Of a DNA stretch of 64,000 bases, positions 26,801 to 39,469 are shown in pieces. This DNA comes from Malacoraja senta (taxonomy: Eukaryota). The position numbers were made by a program, and so were the translations under genes. Position 1 is the first letter of the stretch. Every line of letters starts with the position of its first letter. The notes under the pieces are model-generated. The model did not search any database and was not told the DNA's origin. It worked only from the letters and a program-made list of their open reading frames with translations. Location of the stretch: the NCBI GenBank assembly GCA_038087875.1, contig CM075989.1:8496001-8560000 (forward strand), written 5' to 3'.

Positions 26801-27004
26801 CTTTCGAATGTTTTCATGTCTTCACCATTCCCTATTCTTGTAATTTGCTCCAGGCATCAATGCTTCTGCATTCCTCAGACTTCTTTATCATCCCTGAGTT
26901 TAGTTGATCCATCCCTGGTGGCTGTGCCTTGAGCTGCCAAAGACCCTCAGCTCTTTCTAAACCCCATCGCCTCTCCTTCCTCCACAAGATGCTCCTTGAA
27001 ACCT

Positions 27005-27250
27005 AGTGGAATTCTCTGCCACAGAAGATGGTGGAGGCCAATTCACTGGATGTATTCAAGCCAGAGTTAGATATAACTCTTAGGGCTAACGGAATCAAGG
27101 GATATGGGGAAAAAGCAGGAACAGGAAATGGGGAAAACGCAGGAACTAGGAATCAGAAGCTGATTCTGGATGATCAGCCATGATTGTATTGAATGGCGGT
27201 GCTGGCTCGAAGGGCCGAATGGCCTACTCCTGCACCTACTTTTTAAGTTT
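27005..27250 (+). mobile_element. CR1 3' end (related copies at 15150-15312 + and 13560-13905 -)
   Basis: gatcagccatgat..gaatggcggtgctggctcgaagggccgaatggcctactcctgcacct. Confidence 0.8.
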
Positions 27251-27253
27251 CAA

Positions 27254-28050
27254 CTAGACAAGGTGCAGACCCATTGGGCCCTGTTCCCCCAAGGCAATAT
27301 TCCACCACTGACCCAACTGCGCAGGCGCGGCTGAAGGGTTCCCGTAGTGACGCGAGTCACGGCAGCCCTCCCCCAACTGCGCCTTGCCATCCCTCTTCCT
27401 ACACCTATCCTCCTCCATTCCCCCTCATCCCCCAACACTCCCTCCCCCACTGCCATCCTCTCCCTCTATCACCCCTCCTCCCCCACTCTCCCTCCTCACC
27501 TCCCCCACTTTCCCCTCCCTCTCCCCTCCCTACCCCCCTCCTCTCCCTCTATCCCCCTGCTCCCCCACTCCTCACCTCCCCCCTATCACACCCCCCACAA
27601 TGAAAATCACAATGATTTTTTAATGAAATTCTAATTAAAATTGAGTTTTTTTCTTTAAAATAACTTAAACACAATGTTAGCTGTTAATGAAAGCGAAATA
27701 ATTTGATTAAAACAGAGTTTCTTTGAAAATTGCGATTGTTTATGTAAATGATATTCGGGATCCCATTGTGACGTCATTGTGACGTCAAATGCGGTTGATG
27801 GGCAGTGCAAGTGGAAAAGTGGTTTGAAAAGTGATTTTTGTAAAGTTTAAAATGTTAATAACTTGTAAAATATAACATCAATCCGAACGAAACTTGTTTC
27901 ATTTACATCACAGGACAACGGTGAGTAAGGTGGGCCAAAAATTGTAGCGTATTTGTGTACTATTTTGGCAGGGTTTTGTGATCCCACGCACACATACGCA
28001 TATGCATACAAGCAAACAAACAAGATGAGAATTTTAGTAATATATATGGA
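27254..28050 (-). mobile_element. Non-autonomous Helitron, related subfamily
   Basis: Minus strand reads A|TCcatatatattactaaaattctcatcttg ... gggcccaatgggtct (hairpin) gcaccttgtCTAG|T. Inserted at AT in a CR1 tail. Internal C/T-rich tract at about 27400-27600. Confidence 0.85.
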
Positions 28051-28809
28051 TGTTTCTATCTCTTTGAGGTAGCTTTGAGACACCTAATCTAATATTGGGT
28101 TGGCATCAGGTTTTGTGTGATAAAACACCTTTATTTAATCAGAGATATTATATGAGCACTGGTTATTTTATTCTGATCAAAAATCAAATTGCTGGAGGCC
28201 TCATCAGGTCAGGCGGCATCTGTGGAGGGAAATGGCAGGCAATGCTCAGGGCGGGATCCTTTTTCCCAATTTATCCTGCATTTGCTGCTGTGAATTGAAA
28301 TGAACAATGCAATATTTCACACAAAAAAACATTGATCATAATGACTGACTAACCTGTTTCAACTTTATCTTGATTGTAATAATTGATTAAATTGTGTATT
28401 TACTTCTTAAGCACTAATTTATCGTCTCCAACAGTAATTAACTGGAAAGCATACAACAGAGTCCAGTCAACAGCAGAATCACCAAATTCTTCCAGACACT
28501 AAATGAGCAGTAAAACTGTAGTAAATTATATCGTCCCTATGATTTTTGGAGATAGAGAGGGGGAATAAAATGGACCGTGGCAGTAAATCAAACTTAATTG
28601 AACGGGCTGTATTCTTCTGGGGCATGGGGCTTTTGGAAAGATCAGTAGAACAGTGTTTCCCTCTTCTGGTCCAAATCTGAACTACATTAATAACTTCCAC
28701 TGTGATGAAAAGTCATTGATCTGAAACATTAGCTGCCTTTTTCCCTCCACAGCCGCTGACTGACCTGCATCCAAAGATTTCTGTTTCTGTATACATTTCC
28801 AGCCTGCTA

Positions 28810-29232
28810 TGATTTGGTATTAATGCCTTTGCTATTTGCAGATTACATTAAAATCGGTTGTCCGTGAAAATGGTCATCAGGAATCACAGCGGGACCATGA
28901 GCAGCTGATCAAGTGGGCCAAGGAATGGCAAGTGGAATTTAATTCAGTGAGATGTTGCATCTTGGGCAGTCAGGCCTTTACAGTGAATGGTAGCACCCTG
29001 GGAGTGTTGCAGAGCAGTGGGATCTAGGAATTCAAGTACATTGTTCCCTGAATGTTGTTTGCAGGTAAATAGGGTGGTGAAGAAGGCTTTTGGCATGTTG
29101 TCCTTCATCAGTCAGGTAAGTGAATATAGAGGTTGGGACATTATGTTATAGTTGTACTAGATATTGGTGAGGCCGCACTTTGAGTATTGTGTTCAGTTTT
29201 GGTCAACCTGCTATAGGTAGGACGCCATTAAA
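28810..29232 (+). mobile_element. Decayed CR1 RT fragment
   Basis: Translates QRDHEQLIKWAKEWQVEFN. Contains ttggtgaggccgcactttgagtattgtgttcagttttgg. Confidence 0.75.
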
Positions 29233-29534
29233 CTCCCAGTTGAAAATCCTTGCAATTTGACAATCCTTATCCTTGTTTTCAAATCCCTTTGTCATCTCCT
29301 CTCTTGATAATCTTCTCCAACCTACGGCCTTTCAGATCTCTGTGTTCTTACAAGTCTGGCCTCTTAAATTTCCCAAATTTAACCTGCCAGCTATTGGTAG
29401 TCACAGCTTCCCTAAGCATGGAATTACTTCCCTAAGCTCTCCAGCCTCCCCATCTTTCTCTCATCTTTTAAGTCCCTTGCTAAAAATGTCTCCTGCCCGA
29501 GCTTTTGTAAGCTGCCCTACATCTCCTTCTGGGG

Positions 29535-29704
29535 ATAGACACAAAATCCTGGAGTAACTCAGCGCGTCAGGCAGCATCTCTGGAGAAACGGAATAGGTGA
29601 CGTTTTGGGTCAAAACTCTTCTTCAAACTGAGAGTCAGGGGAGAGGGGAACTAGAGGTATGAAAAGGTACAGAACAAATCAGAGCCAACACTGATTCCTA
29701 CTGC
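29535..29704 (-). mobile_element. Penelope-tail fragment
   Basis: Flanking 13-bp direct repeat tctccttctgggg at 29522-29534 and 29705-29717. Confidence 0.75.
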
Positions 29705-30501
29705 TCTCCTTCTGGGGTTCAGTTTGAAATTTTGTCTTGCAATATTAAAGATGCCTAATAGTGCTGTATTGTCTAATTTCCCTTAAATGCCTGCTATTTA
29801 CATCAAACCCCCTGTGTGGTAGCAAGTTCGACATTTTCACCTCTTTGTATCAAACCTGGCTCATTCTATTCTCCTTCAGTGCTGAAACAATTCAATTACA
29901 GCCGTCTGACTCAGCACAGACTGCTGGGATCAACGTTTTGACCTTTTATCTGTGTAATGGTTGCCATAGTAAAAGGAATCAGTGGTCCTTTGGATTAACT
30001 GCCTCGGTATCTGTTGTACTGAACAGATGGAGAGGCAAAGCTGTGCAGCATCGCTCCGGGCCAAATGTAGGATGTGTGGATTTCCGAATGGTTACCACAT
30101 TTATGAATGGTTTCAACCCAAAAGAGCCAGGTGTCAGAGCAGAGGCAGTGCATGTGGCCCTGGCAAGGGGCACTGATGAAGTCCATCTCACCAAACAGAA
30201 GCACGATTGCCCAGAGCACTAAGTGAAGACATCTGAATGAATTAGTATTAAGACATTTTATTTCACACCAATCAAATGCAAAGCATAGCAAATGAAACAA
30301 ATGCAAGAGTCCCATCATTAAGCGAAAGGCAACCTATGAATACCAACTATCACCTCAGAATTTAATAGCTGAATAATACTGGCACTAAAGCTTCATTCAT
30401 CCCCTACTGTTTTTAAGCTTTCATAGACAGGATTTTGTTTGGAGCATATAAATGAACTTTAACTATCATTTTCCGGTGAGTGTGGCTTTTATATTGACAC
30501 C

Positions 30502-31065
30502 GGGCAGCACGGTGGCGCAGTGGTTCTCCCGCGTTTCCCCTGATTGGAACTCGGAGAATTACGGTAATAGCCGCTCGTAGGTACTCGGGGCTCTCGTGGA
30601 CATTTTTCAACATGTTGGAAAATCTTCACGAGCTTACCTGCCGTTACCTGCCGTTAGCGTTACGAGCCGCTAAGAGACGTCCCGAGCTCCGACGTACCCG
30701 CTACGTACATTCTACATGCTTACCACGAGTTTGATTTTTTTTTTAAACGCGGGAGAGCTCTTGAATTAGCTCGTACAGTGGGACAGCCCCACTTCGCCAG
30801 AGACCCGAGTTTGATCCTGACTATGATGCTGTATGTGTGGAGTTTGTACGTTCTCCCTGTGACCGCATGGGTTTTCACCAGGATCTCCGGTTTCCTCCCA
30901 GACTCCAAAGAAGTACAGCTTGGTAGATTAATTTACTTCGGTAAAAAAAATTGTAAATTACCCATAGTGTGTGTAGGATAGTTTAGTATACGGGGATTGG
31001 TGGTCAGTGCAGACTCGGTGGGCCGAAGGGCCTGTTTCCACACTGTATCTCTAAACTAAACTAAA
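30502..31065 (+). mobile_element. HE1-like V-SINE split by a MITE
   Basis: Head ggcagcacggtggcgcagtggt resumes at cgccagagacc (30795). Confidence 0.8.
30523..30790. mobile_element. Harbinger-type MITE lacking its left terminus, inserted in a SINE
   Basis: Similar to 35028-35352 (tctcccg.gttt.cccctgatt.gaactcggagaat). Right end gtacagtgggacagcccc. Confidence 0.75.
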
Positions 31066-31589
31066 ATTAAATTGGATTCTTCTGGTTTCCTCTCTACCTC
31101 ATGATGGGTGGGGTTTGTTGGAATTCATGCCTGTTGCTGGTTTGTTAACATGACAGCTGTGGTTTATGTTATGTATACCGGTTATTTAATTACAAATTGC
31201 ATGAGAGATTATTCTAAATATTTTATGGTATACAAAAGTCAGAAAAAAACCCAGAAACTAGATTGGAACATGAGGTGGTCCAGTTTTTAACTACAAGAGA
31301 CGTGGGCTTGCATTATCCCGAACATTACATTCAATGCCTTACACTGCACACCAATCCCAAAGCAACAGACAGCAGATGCTGGAGATCTGAAGTCATTGTT
31401 GGAAACACTCAGCAGGTCAGGCAGCATCTGAAGAGGGAGAAACAGACTTAACAGTTCAGGTTGATGGCCTGAAATCAGACATCGGAAAAGTTAGAAATCA
31501 AGCATCAAGTTTTTTAAAAGTTGCATAGAGAGGAAGGGGTGGAGTGAACAAAAAGTGAATGTTTGAGATAGTAGAGAGCGAATGGCATG

Positions 31590-31810
31590 AAGGGGGTTGA
31601 TGTGGGGCTGGAGGGGTTGATGGGAGATGGAGGGAGTGATGGGAGATGGGGATTGGAGATGGGGGGATGAGGGATGGGGAGGACGGGGAATGGGTGGATG
31701 GGGGGGATGGGAAGTGGGGGGTGGAGGGTGGGGTGGATGGGAAGTGGGGGGTGGGGGGGATGGGAAGTGGGGGGTGGGAGGGGGGGTGGGGGGATGGTAA
31801 GTGGGGGGTG
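31590..31810 (+). repeat. G-rich low-complexity tract (GGGAT/GGGGT units) with G-quadruplex potential
   Basis: Many closely spaced runs of three or more G. Confidence 0.85.
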
Positions 31811-33070
31811 CTGGCTGACCTCACAGTGGCAGTGGACCAGAGTTAAATCCTGATCAAGGGTGCTGTCTCTGTGGAGTTTGAATATTTTCCCTGTGCCCAT
31901 GTGGGTTTCTCCTGGGTGCTCCCGTTTCCTACACAGGAACAGGTCAATGCCTGTGTTTAAATGTCCGTGGAATTTGGCATGCACAACTTTGGGTGTAAAC
32001 TATTTATATGAGAGCATGTTGATTGCAACATCCACATTCTGAACTCCTCTCTGGTTCACTTAAAGCTTACCTTCAAATGGGGGTTTGGTAAACATGTGGG
32101 CAGCAGAGTGGCACAGCTGTCAATGACCAGGGATCAATTCTGATCTCTGGTGCTGTCTGTGTGGAGTTTGAATATTAGTTTAGTTTAGTTTAGAGATACA
32201 GCAAGGAAACAGGCCTTTTGGCCCACCAAGTCCACACCGACCAGCGATGTCCATGCACTAACACTATCCTACACACGCTAGGGGCAATTTACAATTTTAC
32301 CAAAGCCAAATAATCTACAAACCCGTAGGTCAATTTTCAGTCTGATGAACATCGCCTATTCATTCTGTCCTCACCCGCTGAGTTTCTCCAGCATTTTTTG
32401 TCTACTGCCTGGACCACGTGGGTTTCCCCTGGGCACTCCCATTTCCTCCCCCATATCCCAAAGTTGTAAGCATTGGTAGATTGATTGGTGACTGTAAGGT
32501 GCTCCTGCTGTGTAAGCAAGTGGGAGAAATTGGGAGGAGAATATGAGCATATGGAAAGTGTAAAAGAAAAAGATTAATGTAGGGTTAGTATACATGGGTG
32601 ATTGATAGTCAGCATGGACTTGATGCGCTGAAGGGCCTGTTTCCATGCTACAGTAGATCTCTCTATGACTCGTTAAAGTGCAATAGTATGTGAGTGTGAC
32701 CAATCAGACTTTCTATGCAATTTTCTGAACAATATTACTGTAGAGATAATATCTGGGTCAGGCCAACAATCCCCCACAAGGGACAGTACAGTGAATGGAC
32801 ATCATCATTGAGTCATAGAGTCATTCAGTGTGGAAACAGGCCCTTCAGCCCAACTTGCCCACACCAACCAACATGTCCCATCAACACTAGTCCCACAAGC
32901 CTGCATTTGGTCCATATCCCTCTAAACCTGTCCTATCCATGTACCTGTCTAAATGTTTCTTAAAGGATGCGATAGCACCTGTCTCAACAACCTCCTCTGG
33001 CAGCTCATTCCATACACCCACATTCCATATTCCCTTTCTGTGTGAAAAGGTTGCCCCTCATGTTCCTATT

Positions 33071-33340
33071 ACGGAGATACGGAGATGAGGAAACACTTTT
33101 TCACACAGAGAGTTGTGAGTCTGTGGAATTCTCGGCCTTTGAGGGCGGTGGAGGCCGGTTCTCTGGATACTTTCAAGAGAGAGCTAGATAGGGCTCTTAA
33201 AGATAGCGGAGCCAGGGGATATGGGGAGAAGGCAGGAACGGGGTACTGATTGGGGATGATCAGCCATGATCACATTGAATGGCGGTGCTGGCTTAAAGGG
33301 CCGAATGGCCTGCTCCTGCACCTATTGTCTATTGTCTATT
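33071..33340 (+). mobile_element. Young CR1 3' end nested in an older minus-strand CR1 (about 32810-33360)
   Basis: Same (CTATTGT)n family; ctatt is present at both junctions. Confidence 0.85.
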
Positions 33341-33820
33341 AAATTTTCCCCTCTCACCTTAACATGTAAAGGCAGGACATAATCAGGTACATAATTCTAT
33401 AGTGCGGCAACAGAACTAAGTGTGGACTCGACCTCTATTATACATGATCATTCCAAGGACCTTGTTACAAGCCGTTACCTCTTTTGAAAGCAACATGAAT
33501 CAGCTACTTTACTCTTTTAAAAGTACTCATTATACAGACACATTGGAAGGCTAGTGACATGTACCACTGCTGGAATACCTATTATTCTGTGGCGCCAACA
33601 CACATCAGAAACACTGTACAAGTGCAGACACCGATTGGATCACAAGATCTCAGATTGTCATTGCAGATACCTGGGCTTTCCTCTGTTAAAATACACATTT
33701 CTAACGACTTTACTCCATCCACTATGATGCGGAGAATGTGAATAAAATGTGCAAAAGAGAGATTTCAATAAATATTTGAACTTATTCTATTAATTTTAAA
33801 CCCCACCCTCTCCCAAATTA

Positions 33821-33826
33821 TTTATT
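33821..33826 (-). promoter_or_regulatory. Candidate NOX5 polyadenylation signal AATAAA
   Basis: Plus-strand tttatt about 900 nt downstream of the stop, in AT-rich context. The motif alone is weak evidence. Confidence 0.3.
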
Positions 33827-34726
33827 TATAAATGCTCTCCCAAAGTATTTCACATAGTTCCAAAGGCAGTGGGACTTCCGATATATGAAAATGCCAAATT
33901 TCATGTGTGACCCGTGAGTGCCACAGGGTAGTTATTCAACTTCCAGGTGCTTCACAATTCAACCCACAAAACAGCATGACTTACTTCACGAAAATCAGGA
34001 TTGGGAATCTTTCTCAGTAGATTTACCCTTTGATCACATTTCCACAGCAGTCTACCGCAACTCAAGGAACCTAGCACATGCTGGAGATGACACCCATGGC
34101 CTTCGGTTCTGAATAGCTGGTGGCATCAGATGGGACATTCATTCGTCACACTCTGATTATTCCCGTGTGGTGCATGGACTCCTGTCTCCGAGTCAGTAGG
34201 TTGTGTGTTCAAATCCTGCACAGTACTGCTGCACCCTCTTTTGGATGAGATATTAAATCAAATGCACGCCTGCCCTCGAATATGCGCGGACGCCCAGCGT
34301 GTGGACTTTGGACTTTTTCTTTGTAAACAGCGCCAAAATATGGCGACTGTGCAAAATAATGTTACTGTGCTGTACATACATGACAATAAAGAACCATTGA
34401 TTATCAACCAAAATATTCCTCAGATAAACAGACAAGATCTCTCCTCACTGCCTCACTTAAACCTCAACCTGACAGACATAATTCAATCCTTTAGACACTA
34501 ATAGTGTAATACAGACTTTGTTACTCTCCTTCATTCCTGCGTCTAGACTCTTTCTGTAGTCTAAGCTGTTTCTCTATCAACCACCTTGGATCACTCAATC
34601 ACAAGCACATTCCTGCACCCTGCTGGGCAAATGCTTTACATGAGGCTGGAAGGGGAGAGCTCCAGTACACTGTACCCACTACATTGAATCAGAGGAAAGC
34701 CCGCGCTGATGCACAACCATAACACG

Positions 34727-34861
34727 TCACTGGAAGTTTTCTTTGTAGAACTTGAAGCTAAACAGCTCACACTGAGCCTTGATTGTTTTAGCCAAGACTG
34801 GAGAGCCGCAGAAAAATACGTGGACCTTTCCCTTGTTCTCCTCGGAAATCCTTTGAAAAAC
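34727..34861 (-). CDS. NOX5: NOX5 terminal coding exon including TGA stop
   Basis: Acceptor ttttaacttccag. 135 nt: VFQRISEENKGKVHVFFCGSPVLAKTIKAQCELFSFKFYKENFQ*, containing the VFFCG and KENF motifs. Confidence 0.97.
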   Translation of the reverse strand, partial: VFQRISEENKGKVHVFFCGSPVLAKTIKAQCELFSFKFYKENFQ

Positions 34862-34993
34862 CTGGAAGTTAAAAGCAAAAGATCATCGTCATTCATTATT
34901 ATATTACACCACTAACAGCGGCGCTTTTTTAACTTATTTTTAGGTGTGCCGGAAATAATTCACCTTCAAAACCTAATAATGACGACCAGCTAA

Positions 34994-35352
34994 AGCCCCT
35001 GTCCCACTGTACGAGGTAATTCAAGAGTTCTCCCGAGTTTGCCCCTGATTCGAACTCGGAGAATGTCCGTAGCGGGTCCGCAGGAGCTCGTGGATGTCTC
35101 GTAGTGGCTCGTACGAGTAAAAAGTTACAATTTCTTTCATCACGAGTTTTTTTTTACTCGCGGACATTTTTCACAGTGTTGAAAAAACGTCACGAGTTTA
35201 CCGGATTTCCCGAGTACCTACCGTTACTCGTACGAGCCGTTACGAGACATCCACGAGCTCCTACGTACCCGCTACGGACATTCTCCGAGTTCGAACCAGG
35301 GGAAAACTTGGGAGAAAACTCTTGATTTACCTCGGACAGTGGGACAGGCCCT
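34994..35352. mobile_element. PIF/Harbinger-type MITE with long (~125 bp) imperfect inverted arms
   Basis: TAA TSD at 34991-34993 and 35353-35355. Termini AGCCCCTGTCCCACTGT and ACAGTGGGACAGGCCCT. Confidence 0.85.
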
Positions 35353-37221
35353 TAACTCTAATTCTAATTGTAGGTGCAAATAAAACCATTGATGCAAGCG
35401 GTGAAGAGTTTTGAAATCATAATTCAAAGTGCCGTTTTTTTAATTTATTCAGTGGATTTGGGTTGCACAGGCAGAGCCACCATTTCATTGCCAATTCCGG
35501 GTTACGATTGAGGGGGAGGTGGTGACCCGAGTTCTTGAATTGCTGCAGTCCTTGAGATATGGGTATAGCAGGGTCAAAACTGCACACCAACAGTGAGTGA
35601 CCTTATTAACATCTTGTACAACTACTCCAAGTGCAGCCTCACTAATACCTTGTACCTTATATCTCTTGACTCCCGTAATGTCCACAAATCTATTGATGTC
35701 CATTTTGAATGAACTCAATTACTGAGCTTCCGCACTCCACTGCCATAGAGAACGCTAAAGATTCACACCACCATCTAAATGAAGACATTTCTCCTCATCT
35801 CAGTCCTAAATGGCCATCCCTTATTCTGAGACAGTGAACCCTGGTTCTAGACCCCTCAGTCAAGAGGAACATATTCCGTGCATCTAGTCTGTTGTGCTCT
35901 ACGAGAATTTCGAAGTTTTAATTTTCTTTCATTTTCTTAGCCTACCTGCTCAACCTCCCCTCTTACATTTAATCCACCATCCAAGAAGCCAGTGTAGAGA
36001 ATCTGCATTGCACTCCCTCAATGGCAAGCGATCTCGATCACCTTTTCTCCAGAGATGCTGCCTGACCCGCTGAGTTACTCCAGCATTTTGTGTCTGACTT
36101 CAGTGTAAAGCAGCATCTGCAGTTCCTTCCTACACATCCTTTCTTAGGCAGACTTAAGATTAAAACTATCCTCAATATTCCGAGTGCAGTCTCGCCAGGG
36201 ACCTGTATAACTGCACAGGCTGGGTGCTAAAGATTTGGTATTCTTTGTCTCTATGTCTCAGTTCCACACAGTGCATTTAGCAACTGTGTTGGAATACCAA
36301 TGAGTTCCTGGTTCAGAACTTCCTGATGTATTATTTCCATACCCTAAACTGAATTACCAAACATGAAGCTCAACCCATGGAGAAAACACAGAGGATGTTA
36401 TACATAGATGTGTACCTTGAGCCCATTCAGATATACACAATGCTAGGAACAACCTTAGTACAAAGGTTCCACTAGCATCAGGCCACACACAATTAAAAGG
36501 AATATGTGCTTTAAAAATCACATTTGCTTGCAGCATCTGTTTTACCTCTATTCACTGATGTTTCATCCACATATATGAATGTTTACAAGGACATCGGAAG
36601 CCAAAGACAGATGAGAGCGAAGCCGTGGAGCAAAGATCAGGTGCGAGGACATTAGTTTAAAACTACTTGGAATGCAATTTCCAAAAACATTGGCAAACAT
36701 CCTGGAATCGCTCTCACTAAAAATGATATTGCATTGATTCCGTGCCTGTGAAACAAATGAACCTAATTATAAACTGATGGTGGCACAGAATGGAGATCAG
36801 AGAACCTGTGAGAATTCCAAATAGAAAGCTGGGAGAGGCGGGGCAGGACAGCTTTCTCTGGTAAAGCAGCATCTGCAGTTCCTTGTCACTACACCTTCCT
36901 AATTGTTTGCTTCGATGTTAATATCAATGTTGAGGGAAAGCTGGTTAGTGAATGGAAGAGAAGAATGAGCAGATGGATGCCGAGGAAGTAGAATGGGTGG
37001 AAGTTCATTCAGAACACAAACATCACCACTGATAAACTAGGATCAATGAGCAGTTTCCGGGGACATTGATGTGTGATCCAACGTGACGTAGGGTCAGCAG
37101 ATGTGAATGGTGGAGTTAACTCAAAGGGCCAAATGGTGGCCGCTTGTTGGCCATGCTTGAAGTTCAATACAACTCTCGTTTGGCTCTAAGGGGACATAAG
37201 CAGAGGCTCAGTTACTGATGC

Positions 37222-37509
37222 AGAGATACGGCACAGAAACAGGCCCTTCGACCCACCGAGTCCATGTCGACCAGCGACACCTCTATATTAGCACTATCCA
37301 ACACATTAGGAACAATTTACAATTTTACCAAAGTCGGTTATCCTACCAACCTGTATGTCTTTGTGATGTGTGAGGAAAACCAAAGCACCCAGAGAAAACC
37401 CACGCAGTCACAGGGAGAACGTACAAACTCCGTACCAACAGCACTCGTAGCCAGGATCGAACCCGGGTCTCTGGCGCTGTAAGGCAGCAACTCTACCGCT
37501 GCGCCGCCC
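37222..37509 (-). mobile_element. HE1-like V-SINE
   Basis: Same family. Confidence 0.8.
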
Positions 37510-38249
37510 ATTTTTGTTTTGTTTTTGACAGGGGGTTCTTTAAGCACCCCCTGCCTGAAGTTCAAATATTTACTTTCTTCAAGCCAAACCTAATGGAATC
37601 CCAATGATTACATCCTCAGGACTACAAGATGTGTGGTTAGCCACCAACCGCAATGCAGGAAACGTTCAAGTGGGAATTATTCGATATATACCCCACGGAG
37701 AATGCTGCGGATTCCCCTGTGGGGAAGTTAAAAGGCAAGGTTACTGCTACTGGTGTTCAGCAACTGAGGGTTTTACAATGTCTTATTAAAATATCTCTTA
37801 GTGCAACTTTTGGTTGCAATACATTAGTGATTGCTACTGTAAAACATGCATCATTAGATTAAATTGCTATTGAAGCTTTTGATACACTTCTCACACCCAC
37901 ATAATGGTTGTGTGAAATCGATAGTGCAAAGGGAAGATAGGGGGAATAAAAATCAATTGATTTACAACTCAACAAGAGCACAATCAATGTGTCACTCTGT
38001 CATAATCTAAAAGCTCTTTTTACAGTTGTTATGTAATTTAAGAAGCTTTGTAAAGTGTCTGTGTTATAAATTATTTTTGATGCGTCTGTTCAACATTTTT
38101 GCCTTTTGAATGTAAAGAGCTGGCCAGTGCATTAAATTCCCACAGGTAACAATTACCAGCTTATATCACCAAATTAGTATTCTCTTCCAGTCCCCCATCT
38201 CCTTAATATTGCTCCTCTGTAATGAAGCCTGCGCTTGCTAGAAGGTGAA

Positions 38250-38607
38250 ACGTGGATGCTGACGCTAGAGGCAGGAAACATGTTCCCGATGTTGGGGGAG
38301 TCCAGAACCAGGGGCCACAGTTTAAGAATAAGGGGTAAGCCATTTAGAACGGAGACGAGGAAACACTTTTTCCTCACAGAGAGTTGTGAGTCTGTGGAAT
38401 TCTCTGCCTCAGAGGGCGGTGGAGGCCGGTTTTCTGGATACTTTCAAGAGAGAGCTAGATAGGGCTCTTAAAGATAGCGGAGTCAGGGGATATGGGGAGA
38501 AGGCAGGAACGGGGTACTGATTGGGGATGATCAGCCATGATCACGTTGAATGGCGGTGCTGGCTCGAAGGGCCGAATGGCCTCCTCCTGCACCTATTGTC
38601 TATTGTC
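38250..38607 (+). mobile_element. Young CR1 3' end
   Basis: Translates SRTRGHSLRIRGKPFRTETRKHFF (CR1 ORF2 C-terminus), then the 3' UTR and tail. Confidence 0.85.
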
Positions 38608-39469
38608 ACCTCTTGGATTCCTGCTCTTGGATGCTGTTCCTGTGGAACATAGAACAGAATTGTACAGTACAGGAATGAGCCCTCCGGCCCACAATGTTTG
38701 TGTCGAATATGATGCCTAGTTAAACTGCTCAGCTGCCTATACATGATCCATATCCCTCTACTCCCAGCACTTCCATCTGTCAATGTAAAACCCTCTTAGA
38801 TACCACTATCATATCTGCCTCCACCACCACCCCTGGCCACATGTTCTGAGTCCCCCACTGCCCTCTGTGTAAAAACCTTCCCTGCACATCTCCATTAAAC
38901 TTTCCCCCTCACCTTATAGTTTCCTCCTCTCACCTTATAGTCTTATGCCCTTTAGTAGTGGACATTTCCACCCGAGGAAAAAGATTCTGACTGTCTACCC
39001 TATCTATGCCTCTCAGTCATTCTATTCCATCTATACATAAACAGAGTTACAGATCCCCCCTGGGTCACTAACACTCGACTGAAGGACACCCCCTATACAT
39101 ACCAGCAAGTATTTGGGAGACGGGTGGAATGGATGGGGAAGTATTTACCAGTTGCTGTGAGGCTCCAGATATCTTCTGCTGGGTGAGAACGGGACATTTT
39201 CACATGCTTTCTCTCCCCACCTCCCCTCCCTCCCTCCTCAACAGTCGGGGGCTGGGTGGACCGAGCAGAGCTTGGAGCGCTGAGCAGACCCACTCACTGA
39301 GTCCGCGAGGCTGGCTGCTGGCTGCTTTTTCCACGCCTGCTCACTCTCCCGCCACCACTCTGTCATCCCCGTCTCACATCGTGTTTTTGTTCATTCCCAT
39401 CTACGGAGATTTCAAGTTACAAACAGCTCTCAGGGAGGGAACCCCGTGGGAACCCAGTGCTACCTGTAC

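Noticed and set aside
34690..34729. Selenocysteine or readthrough at the NOX5 TGA-C
   Set aside because: No SECIS or readthrough motif recognisable, and the stop sits at the expected family C-terminus.
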